A DNA stretch of 64,000 nucleotides from the NCBI GenBank assembly GCA_963771175.1, contig CAVYSY010000010.1, forward strand, positions 64,001 through 128,000. The letters are read 5' to 3'. Source of the DNA: an uncultured delta proteobacterium (lineage in GTDB: Bacteria > Myxococcota > Myxococcia > Myxococcales > Myxococcaceae). Shown in pieces: positions 1 through 25,950 of the stretch. The translations under genes were made by a program, and so were the position numbers. The stretch's first letter is position 1, and each line of letters opens with the position of its first letter. The notes under the pieces were generated by a model. The model was not told where the DNA came from. It saw nothing but the letters and a program-made list of their open reading frames with translations, and did no database searches.

Positions 1-1268
1 CCCAGGAGCTCCGGCTGGTGGAGAGGCTCGTGGCGGAACTGCGGCTGCCCGCGAGCGAGCCGGTGGTGGCCTGGCGCGGCGCGCGGCGCTACGTGGAGCA
101 CTTCGAGCCGGCGCCGCTGCCCGCGCTGGGAGCCGAGGTGGCACCGCTGCGCGAGCGCGGCGTGTACCTCCTCACCGGCGGCCTGGGGCGGATCGGTCTG
201 GGACTGGCCGAGCACCTCGCGGCCACGGTGAAGGCCCGGCTGGTGCTGGTGGGCCGCTCGCCCTTCCCCGCCCGCGAGGAATGGGACGCGTGGCTGACGG
301 CCCATGACGAGCAGGACGCGGTGTCGCGGAAGATCCACCGGCTGCGGGCGATGGAGCGGCAGGGAGCGGAAGTGCTGGTGCTGTCGGCCGACGTGTCCCG
401 GCGCGAGCAGCTCGAGTCCGTGCTGGCGAAGGCGGAGGAGCGCTTCGGAGCGTTGCACGGCGTGGTGCACTCGGCGGGCAGCATCGGCGCCCAGACGCAC
501 GTGCCGCTGGAGCAACTGTCGCGCACGCACGGCGAGGAGCAGCTCGCCGCGAAGGTGCACGGCACCCGGTGGCTGGAGGCCGCCCTGTCCGGGCGGAAGC
601 TGGACTTCGTGGTGCTCCAGTCCTCGCTGTCCACGGTGCTGGGCGGACCGGGCTTCACCGCCTACGCGGCGGCCAACGCCTTCCTGGACGCGCTCGCGGC
701 CCGCCGGACGCGCGAGGGCGGCACGCCGTGGCTCAGCGTGGACTGGGATGGCTGGCGGGGCCCAGAGGACGACGGGCCCTCGCTCCACGACATGACGCTC
801 GCCGAGGGCTCGGACGCCCTGCGGCGGCTGCTGGCCGTACGCGCCGAGGGCCGCTGGGTGGTGTCCACGGCCGATCTCTCCGCGCGCATGGCGGTGTGGC
901 AGAAGCGCGAGGCCTCCGGCCCCGGGACACAGAAACAATCGGCCCCCGAGGGCCATGCCCGGCCCGCGCTGCGCAACGAGTACGTCGCCCCCCGCGACGG
1001 CGTGGAGCGCGACGTGGCCGCCATCTGGCGGGAGCTGCTCGGCATCGAGCAGCCCGGCATCCACGACGACTTCTTCGAGCTGGGCGGGCACTCGCTGGTC
1101 GGCGCGCAGGTGGTGGCCCGCGTGCGCAAGGCCTTCGAGGTGGAGCTGTCCCTGCGCGCCCTCTTCGATACACCCACCATCGCTGGCATGGCCCTGGCCA
1201 TCGTCCAGGCCCGCGCGGAGAGCATGGGCGACGAGGAACTCGAGTCCCTCCTCGCCGAGCTGGATTGA
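1..1268 (+). CDS. Modular type I PKS, C-terminal part (KR-ACP-docking helix); 5' end lies outside the window
   Basis: KR NADPH motif LLTGGLGRIG, VVHSAG, AKVHG, SSLS...GFTAYAAANAFLDA (catalytic K/S/Y/N present); ACP DFFELGGHSL; acidic C-terminal helix DEELESLLAELD; stop TGA at 1268. Confidence 0.93.
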   Translation, partial: QELRLVERLVAELRLPASEPVVAWRGARRYVEHFEPAPLPALGAEVAPLRERGVYLLTGGLGRIGLGLAEHLAATVKARLVLVGRSPFPAREEWDAWLTAHDEQDAVSRKIHRLRAMERQGAEVLVLSADVSRREQLESVLAKAEERFGALHGVVHSAGSIGAQTHVPLEQLSRTHGEEQLAAKVHGTRWLEAALSGRKLDFVVLQSSLSTVLGGPGFTAYAAANAFLDALAARRTREGGTPWLSVDWDGWRGPEDDGPSLHDMTLAEGSDALRRLLAVRAEGRWVVSTADLSARMAVWQKREASGPGTQKQSAPEGHARPALRNEYVAPRDGVERDVAAIWRELLGIEQPGIHDDFFELGGHSLVGAQVVARVRKAFEVELSLRALFDTPTIAGMALAIVQARAESMGDEELESLLAELD

Positions 1269-1334
1269 ATCCGCTCCCCGCCTGGCCCTCCGCCTCCTCA
1301 TTCCCTACTTCTTCATTCGATAGAGCACCTCGCC

Positions 1335-17036
<15,702 letters not shown>

Positions 17037-17040
<4 letters not shown>

Positions 17041-18698
17041 GACTGATCTCCCTGCTGATGAGCCGCTCGCGGCTCTTCATACCGGCGGTGCTGTGCAGCC
17101 TGGGTGCGGGCGCCGCCAGCGCCGGGCTGCTCGCCTTCATCAACCGGGCCCTCTCGGGGGACCCCACCAGCACCCCCTGGCTGCCCATCGGCTTCGCCCT
17201 GCTCGCGCTGCTGGTGCTCCTCACCCGCGTCGTCTCGAACGTGCTGCTCACCCAGCTGCACGAGGGCACGATGTACGAGCTGCGGGTGGACCTGTGCCGC
17301 CGCATCCTCGCCACGCCCCTGCGCCGACTGGAGGAGCTCGGCACGCCCCGGCTGATGGCCTCGCTGTCGGACGACGTGCATGTGATCAGCAACAGCCTGT
17401 TGCTGATGCCCACCCTGGTCAGCCACATCGCGGTCATCGGCGGCTGCCTGGCCTACATGGCCTGGCTCTCCTGGCCCGCCTTCCTGGGCGTCCTGGCCTT
17501 CATGGGGTTGGGAGTGCTGACGTACTGGCTGCCCGCCCGGTACATCGTCCGGCTGCTCCGCATCACCCGCGACACGCAGGACGTCCTCTACAAGAACTTC
17601 CGCGCCCTCACCGAGGGCCTCAAGGAGCTGAAGCTCCACCGTGAGCGGCGCACGGCCTTCCTCCGGGAGGACTTGGAGGACACGGCCTCGCAGCTGCGGC
17701 GGCTGCGCACGCGCAGCAGCAACCTGGACTCCGTCAACAAGATCTGGGGCTCCCTGCTCTTCTTCATCCTGGTGGGGCTGCTGCTCTTCCTCTTTCCCCA
17801 CTTCACCGTGGTGGATCGAGCCACCCTCACCGGCTACACGCTCACCGTGCTGTTCCTGCAGCAGCCGCTGGACACCCTCATCAACGGTGTCTATCTGATC
17901 AGCCAGGGCAACATCGCGCTGACGAAGATTCAGCAGCTCGGACTGGGAGACCCGGAGCACCCGGGGGACGCGCCGCCGCAAGCGCCCGCGGTGGGCACCT
18001 TCCAGCAGCTCGAGCTCGTGGACGTCACCCACAGCTACCACCGCGAGCACGAGGACCGCGCCTTCACCCTGGGCCCGGTGCGGCTGACGCTCCGGCGCGG
18101 GGAGCTCGTCTTCCTGGTGGGCGGCAACGGCAGCGGGAAGACGACCCTGGCCAAGCTCCTCACCGGGCTCTACCGGCCCGAGTCGGGAGAAATCCGCCTC
18201 AATGGCGAGCCCGTCACCGAGGCCAGGAGCGAGGAGTACCGGCAGCACTTCTCCACGGTCTTCTCGGACTTCTTCCTCTTCGAGCGAATGCTGGGGCTGA
18301 CGCCTCCGGACCTGGAGGAGCGGGTGCGCGAGTACCTGCTGCAGCTGCAGTTGGACCGCAAGGTGCGGATGGTGGATGGAGTGCTGTCCACCACGGCGCT
18401 CTCCCAGGGACAGCGCAAGCGTCTGGCGCTGCTCACGGCGTGGCTGGAGGATCGCCCCATCTACGTCTTCGACGAGTGGGCGGCGGATCAGGATCCCACC
18501 TTCAAGCGCGTCTTCTACGAGGAGCTGCTGCCGGAGCTGCGGCGCCAGGGCAGGACGGTGGTGGTCATCTCCCACGACGACAGGTACTTCCACCTGGCGG
18601 ACAGACTCATCCGGCTGGAGTCCGGCCAGCTTCGGGAGGACACCGCCCTGGAAGCGGCGCCCCCGGCCCTCATGGAGAAGAAGAAGGTGCACGCATGA
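17037..18698 (+). CDS. Cyclic peptide export ABC transporter (SyrD/PvdE/YojI family)
   Basis: GTG start overlaps the NRPS stop (GTGA); N-terminal TM helices; GLKELKL; Walker A GGNGSGKT; signature LSQGQRKRLAL; FDEWAADQDPTFKRVFY; ISHDDRYF. Confidence 0.93.
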
Positions 18699-20173
18699 AT
18701 CGCAAGGCCCGGTTGTTCCTGGAGGCGGAGCCCTTCCACAGCGCCGCGGGCGCCATCAACGCCTGGGTGGAGGAGGAGCTGAAGGCGCTCGGCTTCGAGA
18801 CGGAGCGGCACAACCACCACCGCACCAGCGCGCGCGACGCCGCCATGCCGCTGGGCAACGCGCGGCGCCTGCTGCAGCTGCGGGCGCAGCCCCCCGCGGA
18901 CCTCGCCGTCTACTGCGACATGGGCCTGGGCATCCACGCGCCTGGCCGCGAGCTGGCCCGGCGCACGCTCGTGTACTTCCACGGGCTGTACGGTGAGCCC
19001 ACTGCATGGCTGGGCAACCCGCTCATCGATCGCTACGTGGCGCTCTCCCCCTACGTGCAGGACGTGCTCGGCGCGCTGCTGACCACGCCGGACTGGAGCC
19101 GGCGCCAGTGCCTGGAGCCGCGAGGGCCCCAGGTGGTGGACTACCTGGTGCCGACCCTGCCGTGCCTGGAGACACCGGAGGGGGAGCCGCGCATGCCGGG
19201 CGGGGAGCTGCCCGCTGAGGTGCAGCAGGCGCTGGAGCGCGGCGAGGTGCTGGGCCACGCGGTGCAGCCGGGCAAGGCGGACTGGCTGGCCGTGTGCTCC
19301 ATCCTGCTCAACCTCCACGGGCTCGCCCGTGAGCACGGCCGTCCTCCCTTCCGACTGGTGGTGGCCGCCCAGGACTTCGACACGCTCCAGCACGCCCTGC
19401 GCTACGGCCACCCCGCGGACGCCTCGGCGCTGGGCGCGGCCCTGAGCGCCTTCGGCGTGCGCCTGGAGGATCTGCTGCTGCCGGTGGCCCACCTGCGCCA
19501 GCCGGCCCTCTTCCGCCTCTTCAAGGCCGCGCGCTTCGGCCTCTGCTACAACGTCTACCCGGAGCCCTTCGGGCTGTACGTGCTCGAATCGGTGCTCAAC
19601 GGCTGCCCCATCTACACCAACGGGGCCGGCAACAACCGGCACGCGCTGCCTCCCGAGCACGGCATCACCGTGCTGGAGACGCCGGACATGGCCTTCGGAG
19701 ATCCGGGCGCCTACGCGGAGGTGGCGGCCCGCATCTTCCAGGACGTGACCACCCCGGGCACCCACGAGGAGTCCTGCCGGCGAGGCGCGGAGCTCGTGCG
19801 CCGCACCTTCACCCGAGAGGCCTTCTCCTCCAGCTTCCGGGCCTGCCTGTCCCGACTGGAGGAGGGCGCGCCGCCCCTGCCCTTCGACGAGCTGCGCGTG
19901 CGCATCAGCCCCATGGTGCGCCGCATGGACGAGTCCACCGGCCAGGTGGTGTCCGACTACATCCACACCCTGCTCTCCCCCGACGAGCTGCGGCTGATGC
20001 GCGAGGTGGTGGGCCAGCCGGCCGGTGCTCTCGGGCGCGACGGCGGGACGGGCCTCTCGCTCCTCCAGGGCCTCTTCGACAAGGGCGTGCTGTCGCTCGA
20101 CGCCCCGCCCGAGTCGCTCTCCCCCGGCGCCGGCCCCCTCGCCGCCCGGCCCTGGTACGCGCCCCTCCGCTGA
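18695..20173 (+). CDS. Putative GT-B (GT4-like) glycosyltransferase, divergent
   Basis: ATGA overlap with the transporter; YFHG in the N-lobe, VALSPY, and GT4-type E-x7-E motif YPEPFGLYVLESVLNGCPI. Confidence 0.65.
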   Translation: MNRKARLFLEAEPFHSAAGAINAWVEEELKALGFETERHNHHRTSARDAAMPLGNARRLLQLRAQPPADLAVYCDMGLGIHAPGRELARRTLVYFHGLYGEPTAWLGNPLIDRYVALSPYVQDVLGALLTTPDWSRRQCLEPRGPQVVDYLVPTLPCLETPEGEPRMPGGELPAEVQQALERGEVLGHAVQPGKADWLAVCSILLNLHGLAREHGRPPFRLVVAAQDFDTLQHALRYGHPADASALGAALSAFGVRLEDLLLPVAHLRQPALFRLFKAARFGLCYNVYPEPFGLYVLESVLNGCPIYTNGAGNNRHALPPEHGITVLETPDMAFGDPGAYAEVAARIFQDVTTPGTHEESCRRGAELVRRTFTREAFSSSFRACLSRLEEGAPPLPFDELRVRISPMVRRMDESTGQVVSDYIHTLLSPDELRLMREVVGQPAGALGRDGGTGLSLLQGLFDKGVLSLDAPPESLSPGAGPLAARPWYAPLR

Positions 20174-20262
20174 AGGACCCGCACTCAGAGAAAAATTCGC
20201 TGACACCGTCGCGGTATTTTCATGGTACACACGGAATCCGCGACTGATTGACTGATTAGAGG

Positions 20263-21117
20263 ATGGACATGCAACCCGAGGCATCGGCACCCCAAGACGG
20301 GACGACTCCAGCCAACCCCCAGGCCTCCGGGCTGCTGGAGGGTCTGAAGCAGCGCGCACTGCAGCAGGCGGGAGGTGCCGTCACCCGCGGCGTCATCACC
20401 TTCGCGGAGCAGGTGACGCGAGCCATCGAGCGCACCTCGGACGCGCGGCGCACCTTCTTCGATCCGATGGACTTCCCCTTCACCTCGCACATGGAGAAGC
20501 ACTGGCGCACCGTCCGCGAGGAACTGGACGCGCTCATGCGCGGGGTGGACGTCATGCCCAACTTCCAGGACATCCAGCAGGAGCAGCGAGAGCTGACCAC
20601 GGACGATCGCTGGAAGACGTTCGTCCTCTACGGGTACGGCGTGAAGCTGGAGGACAACTGCCGGCGCTGCCCGATGACGACGCGCCTGGTGGAGAGCATC
20701 CCCGGCATGACGTCCGCCATGTTCTCCATCCTTCGCGGCCCCAAGCACATCCCCCCGCATAACGGGCACTACAAGGGCGTGCTGCGCTACCACCTGGGCC
20801 TCATCGTCCCCGAGCCCGAGAAGAACTACATCCGCGTGGGGCAGGACAAGGCTTCCTGGCAGGAGGGCCAGAGCCTCATCTTCGACGATACCCACGAGCA
20901 TGAGGTGCGCAAGGAGAGCGAGGGGGACCGAGTCGTCCTCTTCGTGGACTTCCTGCGGCCGCTGCCCCCGGTGCTCGACACCCTCAACCGCCTGGTGGTG
21001 AAGACGATCAGTCTGTCCCCCTACATCCGCCAGGGCGAGAAGAACCTCCAGCAGTGGGAGGAGTACTTCGGCCAGGAGTTGGATCAGCGCCGCGGCGCTT
21101 CCGGCAGGCGCTCCTGA
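20263..21117 (+). CDS. Aspartyl/asparaginyl beta-hydroxylase family Fe(II)/2-oxoglutarate dioxygenase
   Basis: WKTFVLYGYG, CPMT, AMFSIL, HIPPHNG..LRYHLGLIVP, WQEGQSLIFDDTHEHEV, RVVLFVDFLRP; no obvious TM helices (unlike LpxO). Confidence 0.88.
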   Translation: MDMQPEASAPQDGTTPANPQASGLLEGLKQRALQQAGGAVTRGVITFAEQVTRAIERTSDARRTFFDPMDFPFTSHMEKHWRTVREELDALMRGVDVMPNFQDIQQEQRELTTDDRWKTFVLYGYGVKLEDNCRRCPMTTRLVESIPGMTSAMFSILRGPKHIPPHNGHYKGVLRYHLGLIVPEPEKNYIRVGQDKASWQEGQSLIFDDTHEHEVRKESEGDRVVLFVDFLRPLPPVLDTLNRLVVKTISLSPYIRQGEKNLQQWEEYFGQELDQRRGASGRRS

Positions 21118-21185
21118 GCCCTCTCGTCGTCGCACCTGGCAGTCCCACCCTCAGCGTTTCACCCTCCCCCATGACACGAACTGGA

Positions 21186-23219
21186 ATGAAGAGCTGGATG
21201 TCCGGGCTCTCCCTGGCACTCGCACTGACCGGATGTACTCCCACCTCGCCGCAGGAACTGACGGCGCTACCCTCGCTCGAGGCGCCCGCCACCACCGCCA
21301 CCGCCGTCACCACTCCGGTGACGGGCTTCGCGGAGATGCACCACCACATGATGGGCGAGGAGGCCTTCTCCGGTGGCTGGTTCCACGGCACGCACCTGGG
21401 ACCCCTGGTGGACTGTGATGGCGGCGAGCCGCCCAGCGATCACGCCCGCGTGCGGCAGGATCTCTCCAGCCTGCTGAACCTGTGCCCTGGCAGCTCCGCC
21501 CTGGACTTGTCGGGGGTGCCGCTGCTCCACGAGCTCTTCTGGGTGGGCGGCGCCGTGGGCTCGGAGATCGTCGGCCAGACGGACAACTCGGAGGGAGATA
21601 CGGGCCTGCACCTGGGCCGCATGAAGGCCCACACCGACTGGCCCCGCTGGGACACCATCGCCCACCAGCAGTCCCTGGGCACCTGGCTCAAGTCCGCCCA
21701 TGACCGCGGCATGAACCTGGTGGTCGTCTCCGCCGTCAGCAACGGCTTCCTCTGCAGCCTGCTGCCCTACGACAACATCAAGCGGCCCTGCGACGAGATG
21801 GTGGACGCGGAGCTGCAGATCCAGATGGCCCGCCAGTTCGCCACCAACAACAGCACCTGGGTGGAGATCGCCCTCTCGCCGTCGCACGCGCGCAGCATCG
21901 TCGCCTCGGGCAAGCTGGCCGTGGTGCTCTCCATCGAGGTGAGCAAGCTCTTCGGCACCAAGAACTGGAGCACCGAGCTGGACCGCTTCTACAACCTGGG
22001 CGTGCGCACGTTGCAGCCGGTGCACCAGCTCGACAACCGCTTCGGCGGAGCGGCGCCGCACAACTCCATCTTCCACGTGGCCCAGTTCACCGAGAACTGC
22101 CACGTCGACTATGACTGCGGCCTCACCACGGGCGACTTCACGCTCGGCTTCGACGTGGACGCCAACTGCCGCAACACCAAGGGCCTGACCACCGAGGGCA
22201 AGGCGCTGATGCAGGCGATGATGTCCAAGGGCATGCTCATCGACGTGGCCCACCTCTCCGAGCGCGGCATCCAGGACGCCTACGCGCTGGCGCAGGCCAA
22301 CACCTACTACCCGCTCTACATCTCCCACGGCCACTTCCGCGAGGTGATGACCCCCAAGCTGGCCGCCAACGAGAAGACGACGCCGGCCTCCGTCGTCAAG
22401 CTCCTCCGGCAGACGGGCGGCATGTTCGGCCTGCGCACGGCGCACGACGAGACGCTCGAGTACACGCGCTCGGGCGTGGCCAACAGCTGCCACGGCTCCA
22501 GCCGCTCCTTCGCGCAGGCCTACCAGTACGGGCGCCTGGGCCTGAAGGTGCCCATGGGCTTCGGCGCGGACATGAACGGCTTCATCCAGCAGACGCGACC
22601 GCGCTTCGGCGACTACGGCGCGTGCTCGGCCACCTTCAAGGCCGAGGCCGACGCCCAGACGAAGCAGCAGCGCGTCAGCGGCCCCAGCGGCGTGGGCACC
22701 GAGTTCGACCAGAAGGGCCTGGCGCACATCGGCCTTCTCCCGGACCTGATAGTCGACCTGGGCAAGCTCGGCGTGGACACCACGGGATTGCAGGGCTCGG
22801 CGGAGACGTTCATCCGCATGTGGGAGCGGGCGGCCGGTACCCGCGCTGGCATGGCGGACGCGGCCACTGACATCGACACCAGCGGCATCGCCCCCTGGGT
22901 CTCCCGCGAGACGCGCGAGCAGGCCTATCCCACGCAGTGCGGCGAGGCCTATGCGCCCGCCTACCAGGTGCTCGGTGGCTCGTGCCGCTTCAACGCCGAG
23001 TGCCAGAGCAACAAGTGCACCTCGGCGCCCTGCACCATCCAGACGGGGACCTGCATCTGTGACGACCACGCCGACTGCGGCACCAACCAGTACTGCGGCT
23101 ATGCCCTCAACAACGGCATCTGCCAGAACAAGAAGGCCTCGGGCGCCCTCTGTGCCTATGGCTTCGAGTGCCTCTCGGCCACCTGCCGCCTGACGATCAC
23201 CGGCACCCGCTGCAAGTAA
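21186..23219 (+). CDS. Lipoprotein with membrane dipeptidase (M19)-like amidohydrolase domain and Cys-rich C-terminal domain
   Basis: Lipobox LALALTGC; GFAEMHHH, LSIE, QPVHQLDN, IDVAHLSE, ISHG, GADMNG metal-binding pattern; C-terminal C-x5-C-x-S-x2-C repeats. Alternative ATG at 21171. Confidence 0.75.
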   Translation: MKSWMSGLSLALALTGCTPTSPQELTALPSLEAPATTATAVTTPVTGFAEMHHHMMGEEAFSGGWFHGTHLGPLVDCDGGEPPSDHARVRQDLSSLLNLCPGSSALDLSGVPLLHELFWVGGAVGSEIVGQTDNSEGDTGLHLGRMKAHTDWPRWDTIAHQQSLGTWLKSAHDRGMNLVVVSAVSNGFLCSLLPYDNIKRPCDEMVDAELQIQMARQFATNNSTWVEIALSPSHARSIVASGKLAVVLSIEVSKLFGTKNWSTELDRFYNLGVRTLQPVHQLDNRFGGAAPHNSIFHVAQFTENCHVDYDCGLTTGDFTLGFDVDANCRNTKGLTTEGKALMQAMMSKGMLIDVAHLSERGIQDAYALAQANTYYPLYISHGHFREVMTPKLAANEKTTPASVVKLLRQTGGMFGLRTAHDETLEYTRSGVANSCHGSSRSFAQAYQYGRLGLKVPMGFGADMNGFIQQTRPRFGDYGACSATFKAEADAQTKQQRVSGPSGVGTEFDQKGLAHIGLLPDLIVDLGKLGVDTTGLQGSAETFIRMWERAAGTRAGMADAATDIDTSGIAPWVSRETREQAYPTQCGEAYAPAYQVLGGSCRFNAECQSNKCTSAPCTIQTGTCICDDHADCGTNQYCGYALNNGICQNKKASGALCAYGFECLSATCRLTITGTRCK

Positions 23220-23252
23220 CCCCCTCACGCCCCCCCCAGGAGCGCACGGTTC

Positions 23253-24833
23253 ATGTACCTCAAGCCCAACGTCGCCATCGAGCCGCTCTACAACCAGTGG
23301 TACTCGTGGTGGTACCTGCTGTCGCCGGCGACGGCGCCGCTGTTCGTGACGAACCTGCACCTCAAGCTGCTGTCCTCGTTCGTCGCCAACCCCGAGGTCC
23401 ATGTCGCCGCGCTGAAGAATCCGGCGCTCATGGGGGGGCCCTTCATCAACCACCCTGCCTCCCGGGTCTCCGAGGTGAAGGCGCTGCTGGAGCGCACCAC
23501 CCGGGAGCAGGCGCACATGGTGGCCTACACCAAGGCGGTGGCCGAGCTGGAGCAGCTCCTGGCCACCGCCGCCACCGGCCCCTCCCTGGAGGGGCTCTAC
23601 GCCAAGGTGCCGGACGTGCTGCGCGGCTATGTGGAGCTGACGTACGACATGGCCAACCACGCCAGCATCCGTTTCGTCGAGCCGCTCCTCTATCGCAGCC
23701 GCTACCAGCAGGAGTCCTCGCAGAGCGTCTTCCTCATGCAGGTGGACGGCGATGCGCGCAAATACATCTACAGCACGCCCCGCCTGGAGGGGGACTCCCC
23801 GCTGTGGCTGCAGGTGCCCTACCGTCACGAGGGCCTGGACGAGCTCTTCCGCATGCGCACCACCTCCGGCTCCCCGGGGCGCGTGGCGGAGATGCTGGGG
23901 GTGCCCTCCAGCGCCGCTTCCGAGTTCGCCGCCCTCTTCACCGAGACGCCCCCGCGCCGCCCCGAGCCCTGGACGGGTGACGGCGTGCGCATGCGCTACT
24001 TCGGCCATGCCTGCATGCTGCTCGAGTCCCGTGACGTCTCGGTCCTCACGGATCCGGTCATCAGCTACGAGTTCCCCACGGAGCTGCCGCGCTTCACCCA
24101 CGCGGATCTCCCCGAGCGCATCGACTACGTGGTCATCACCCACGGCCATGCGGATCACCTGATGATGGAGACGCTGCTGCAGCTCCGCCACCGGGTGGGC
24201 ACCGTGGTGGTACCGCGCAACAACGGCGGCGGGCTGGCGGATCCCTCGCTGCGGCTGATGCTGGAGAACAACGGCTTCCGCAACGTGGTGGAGCTGGACG
24301 AGCTGCAGCGCATCTCGCTGCCCGGCGGAGGCGCCATCACCGGCATCCCCTTCTTCGGCGAGCACAGCGATCTCAACATCCAGGCGAAGATCGCTCACCT
24401 GGTGCAGCTCGGCGGCAAGTCCTTCCTCATGGCGGCGGACTCGAACGCACTCGAGTCCCGGCTCTACCAGCACCTGCGCGAGGTGGTGGGAGAGATCGAC
24501 GTGCTCTGCCTGGGCATGGAGTGCGAGGGAGGGCCGATGAGCTGGATGTACGGGCCACTCATGAGCCAGCCCATCCCGCGCAAGGTGGATCAGTCACGGC
24601 GGCTCAACGGCTCCAACTGCGCGCGAGCCAGCGAGATCGTCAACCACCTCAACCCCAAGGAGGTCTACGTCTACGCCATGGGCCAGGAGCCCTGGCTGCG
24701 CCATGTGATGATGCTGGCGTACGACGACAAGGCCCCGCAGATGATCGAGTCCAACCGCTTCATCGAGTTCTGCCGCGGCCGGGGAATCCACGCCGAGCGG
24801 CCCTACATCCGCATGGAGCGGATGTTCACCTGA
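23253..24833 (+). CDS. CmlA-family diiron metallo-beta-lactamase-fold beta-hydroxylase acting on NRPS-bound amino acid
   Basis: N-terminal [71 protein letters not shown], all matching the CmlA layout as I recall it. Confidence 0.88.
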   Translation: MYLKPNVAIEPLYNQWYSWWYLLSPATAPLFVTNLHLKLLSSFVANPEVHVAALKNPALMGGPFINHPASRVSEVKALLERTTREQAHMVAYTKAVAELEQLLATAATGPSLEGLYAKVPDVLRGYVELTYDMANHASIRFVEPLLYRSRYQQESSQSVFLMQVDGDARKYIYSTPRLEGDSPLWLQVPYRHEGLDELFRMRTTSGSPGRVAEMLGVPSSAASEFAALFTETPPRRPEPWTGDGVRMRYFGHACMLLESRDVSVLTDPVISYEFPTELPRFTHADLPERIDYVVITHGHADHLMMETLLQLRHRVGTVVVPRNNGGGLADPSLRLMLENNGFRNVVELDELQRISLPGGGAITGIPFFGEHSDLNIQAKIAHLVQLGGKSFLMAADSNALESRLYQHLREVVGEIDVLCLGMECEGGPMSWMYGPLMSQPIPRKVDQSRRLNGSNCARASEIVNHLNPKEVYVYAMGQEPWLRHVMMLAYDDKAPQMIESNRFIEFCRGRGIHAERPYIRMERMFT

Positions 24834-24876
24834 AGCCCTTCCGCCCTCCACCCACGACACGGACACACGACAGCCC

Positions 24877-25089
24877 ATGAGCGAGCACGAGGACACGCAG
24901 CGTTGCAAGGTAGTGGTCAACCACGAGGAGCAGTACTCCATCTGGCCCGCGGATCGCGAGAACGCCCCCGGCTGGAAGGATGCCGGCAAGGAGGGCCTCA
25001 AGGCCGAGTGCCTCGAGCACATCAAGCAGGTGTGGACGGACATGCGTCCCCTGAGCCTGCGCCAGAAGATGGAGCAGCAGCGCAACTGA
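24877..25089 (+). CDS. mbtH: MbtH-like NRPS accessory protein
   Basis: [13 protein letters not shown]...PGW...[17 protein letters not shown]. Confidence 0.97.
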   Translation: MSEHEDTQRCKVVVNHEEQYSIWPADRENAPGWKDAGKEGLKAECLEHIKQVWTDMRPLSLRQKMEQQRN

Positions 25090-25120
25090 GGGCCCACTCC
25101 GGCCCGTTTCCCGGGCGGGC

Positions 25121-25145
25121 GGCGGAGGCCCGAGCAGCCTCCGCC
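25121..25145. terminator. GC-rich hairpin between convergent genes, probable bidirectional terminator
   Basis: Perfect 9-bp stem GGCGGAGGC-ccgagca-GCCTCCGCC between the mbtH stop and the stop at 25158; no U-tract. Confidence 0.5.
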
Positions 25146-25157
25146 ACCGTCCCGCGC

Positions 25158-25950
25158 TTACTCGTTCTGGAACCACTCCGCTGGGATGCCCAGCGCCGCG
25201 AGAATCCGCTCGGGCGAGCGCTCTCCCTTGATGTCGCTGACAACCGGGCAGAGACGGAAACTCAGACGGGCGGCTGCGCGAACTCGTTCAATGCCCTCTC
25301 CCCCTCGCATCACGGTGACAAAGAACATGTCCAGGCGCGGCGAGGCAGTTACCCCATACACAGTTGCATGAGGAAGCCGTTCCGACACAGTAATGTCAGC
25401 GAAACTCATGCCGCCTGTTCCGCCGGCGAGAAGCGAGCCCTCGCGGCGTGTCCTCGAGGCGGTAGCGCCCCGGAGCGTAGTGGTTCGCCAGCATCTGCCT
25501 CCAGCGCGCGTCGCGCCTCCTCTGTCCGGACTCCTTCTATCAGCGCGACCGTCCGCAGCGGCTTCCTCGCGGCTCGGTCCGAAGTCTTCGTCGCGTCCTG
25601 GCAGCGGACAGCCGAGAGACTTCGCCAGGGCGTCTGGGTCCACCTCCAGGACCTCTAGCGCACCGTTTCGCCACGACGTGACGGCCCAGGGATCGTTGGC
25701 GCGCTCAATCGAGTACACGGGCTCATCACATTCGAGCGACAGTTCCTTGGCGATTTGCAGTCTCGGCGCCCACGTCGATGGGGTCCGTCCCCACGATGGC
25801 ATGGTAGCGACCACTGCCCGGGATGATCTCGAAGGACGGCTCTTTTCCGTCCTCTTCGTCCTCCTCCAACATCAGCGCGGCACGGACACGGCTCTCCAGC
25901 CATGCGGGCTCGCCTGGAGCCAGGACCGCCCAGAGAGGCCACCGGCTCAT
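25158..25950 (-). CDS. Hypothetical ~260-aa protein, candidate cognate immunity protein (frameshifted)
   Basis: ATG at 25950 overlaps the TGA of the upstream gene (ATGA); reassembled as MSRWPLWAVLAPGEP...PDALAKSLGCP...PERILAALGIPAEWFQNE; acidic, lower GC. Confidence 0.6.
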
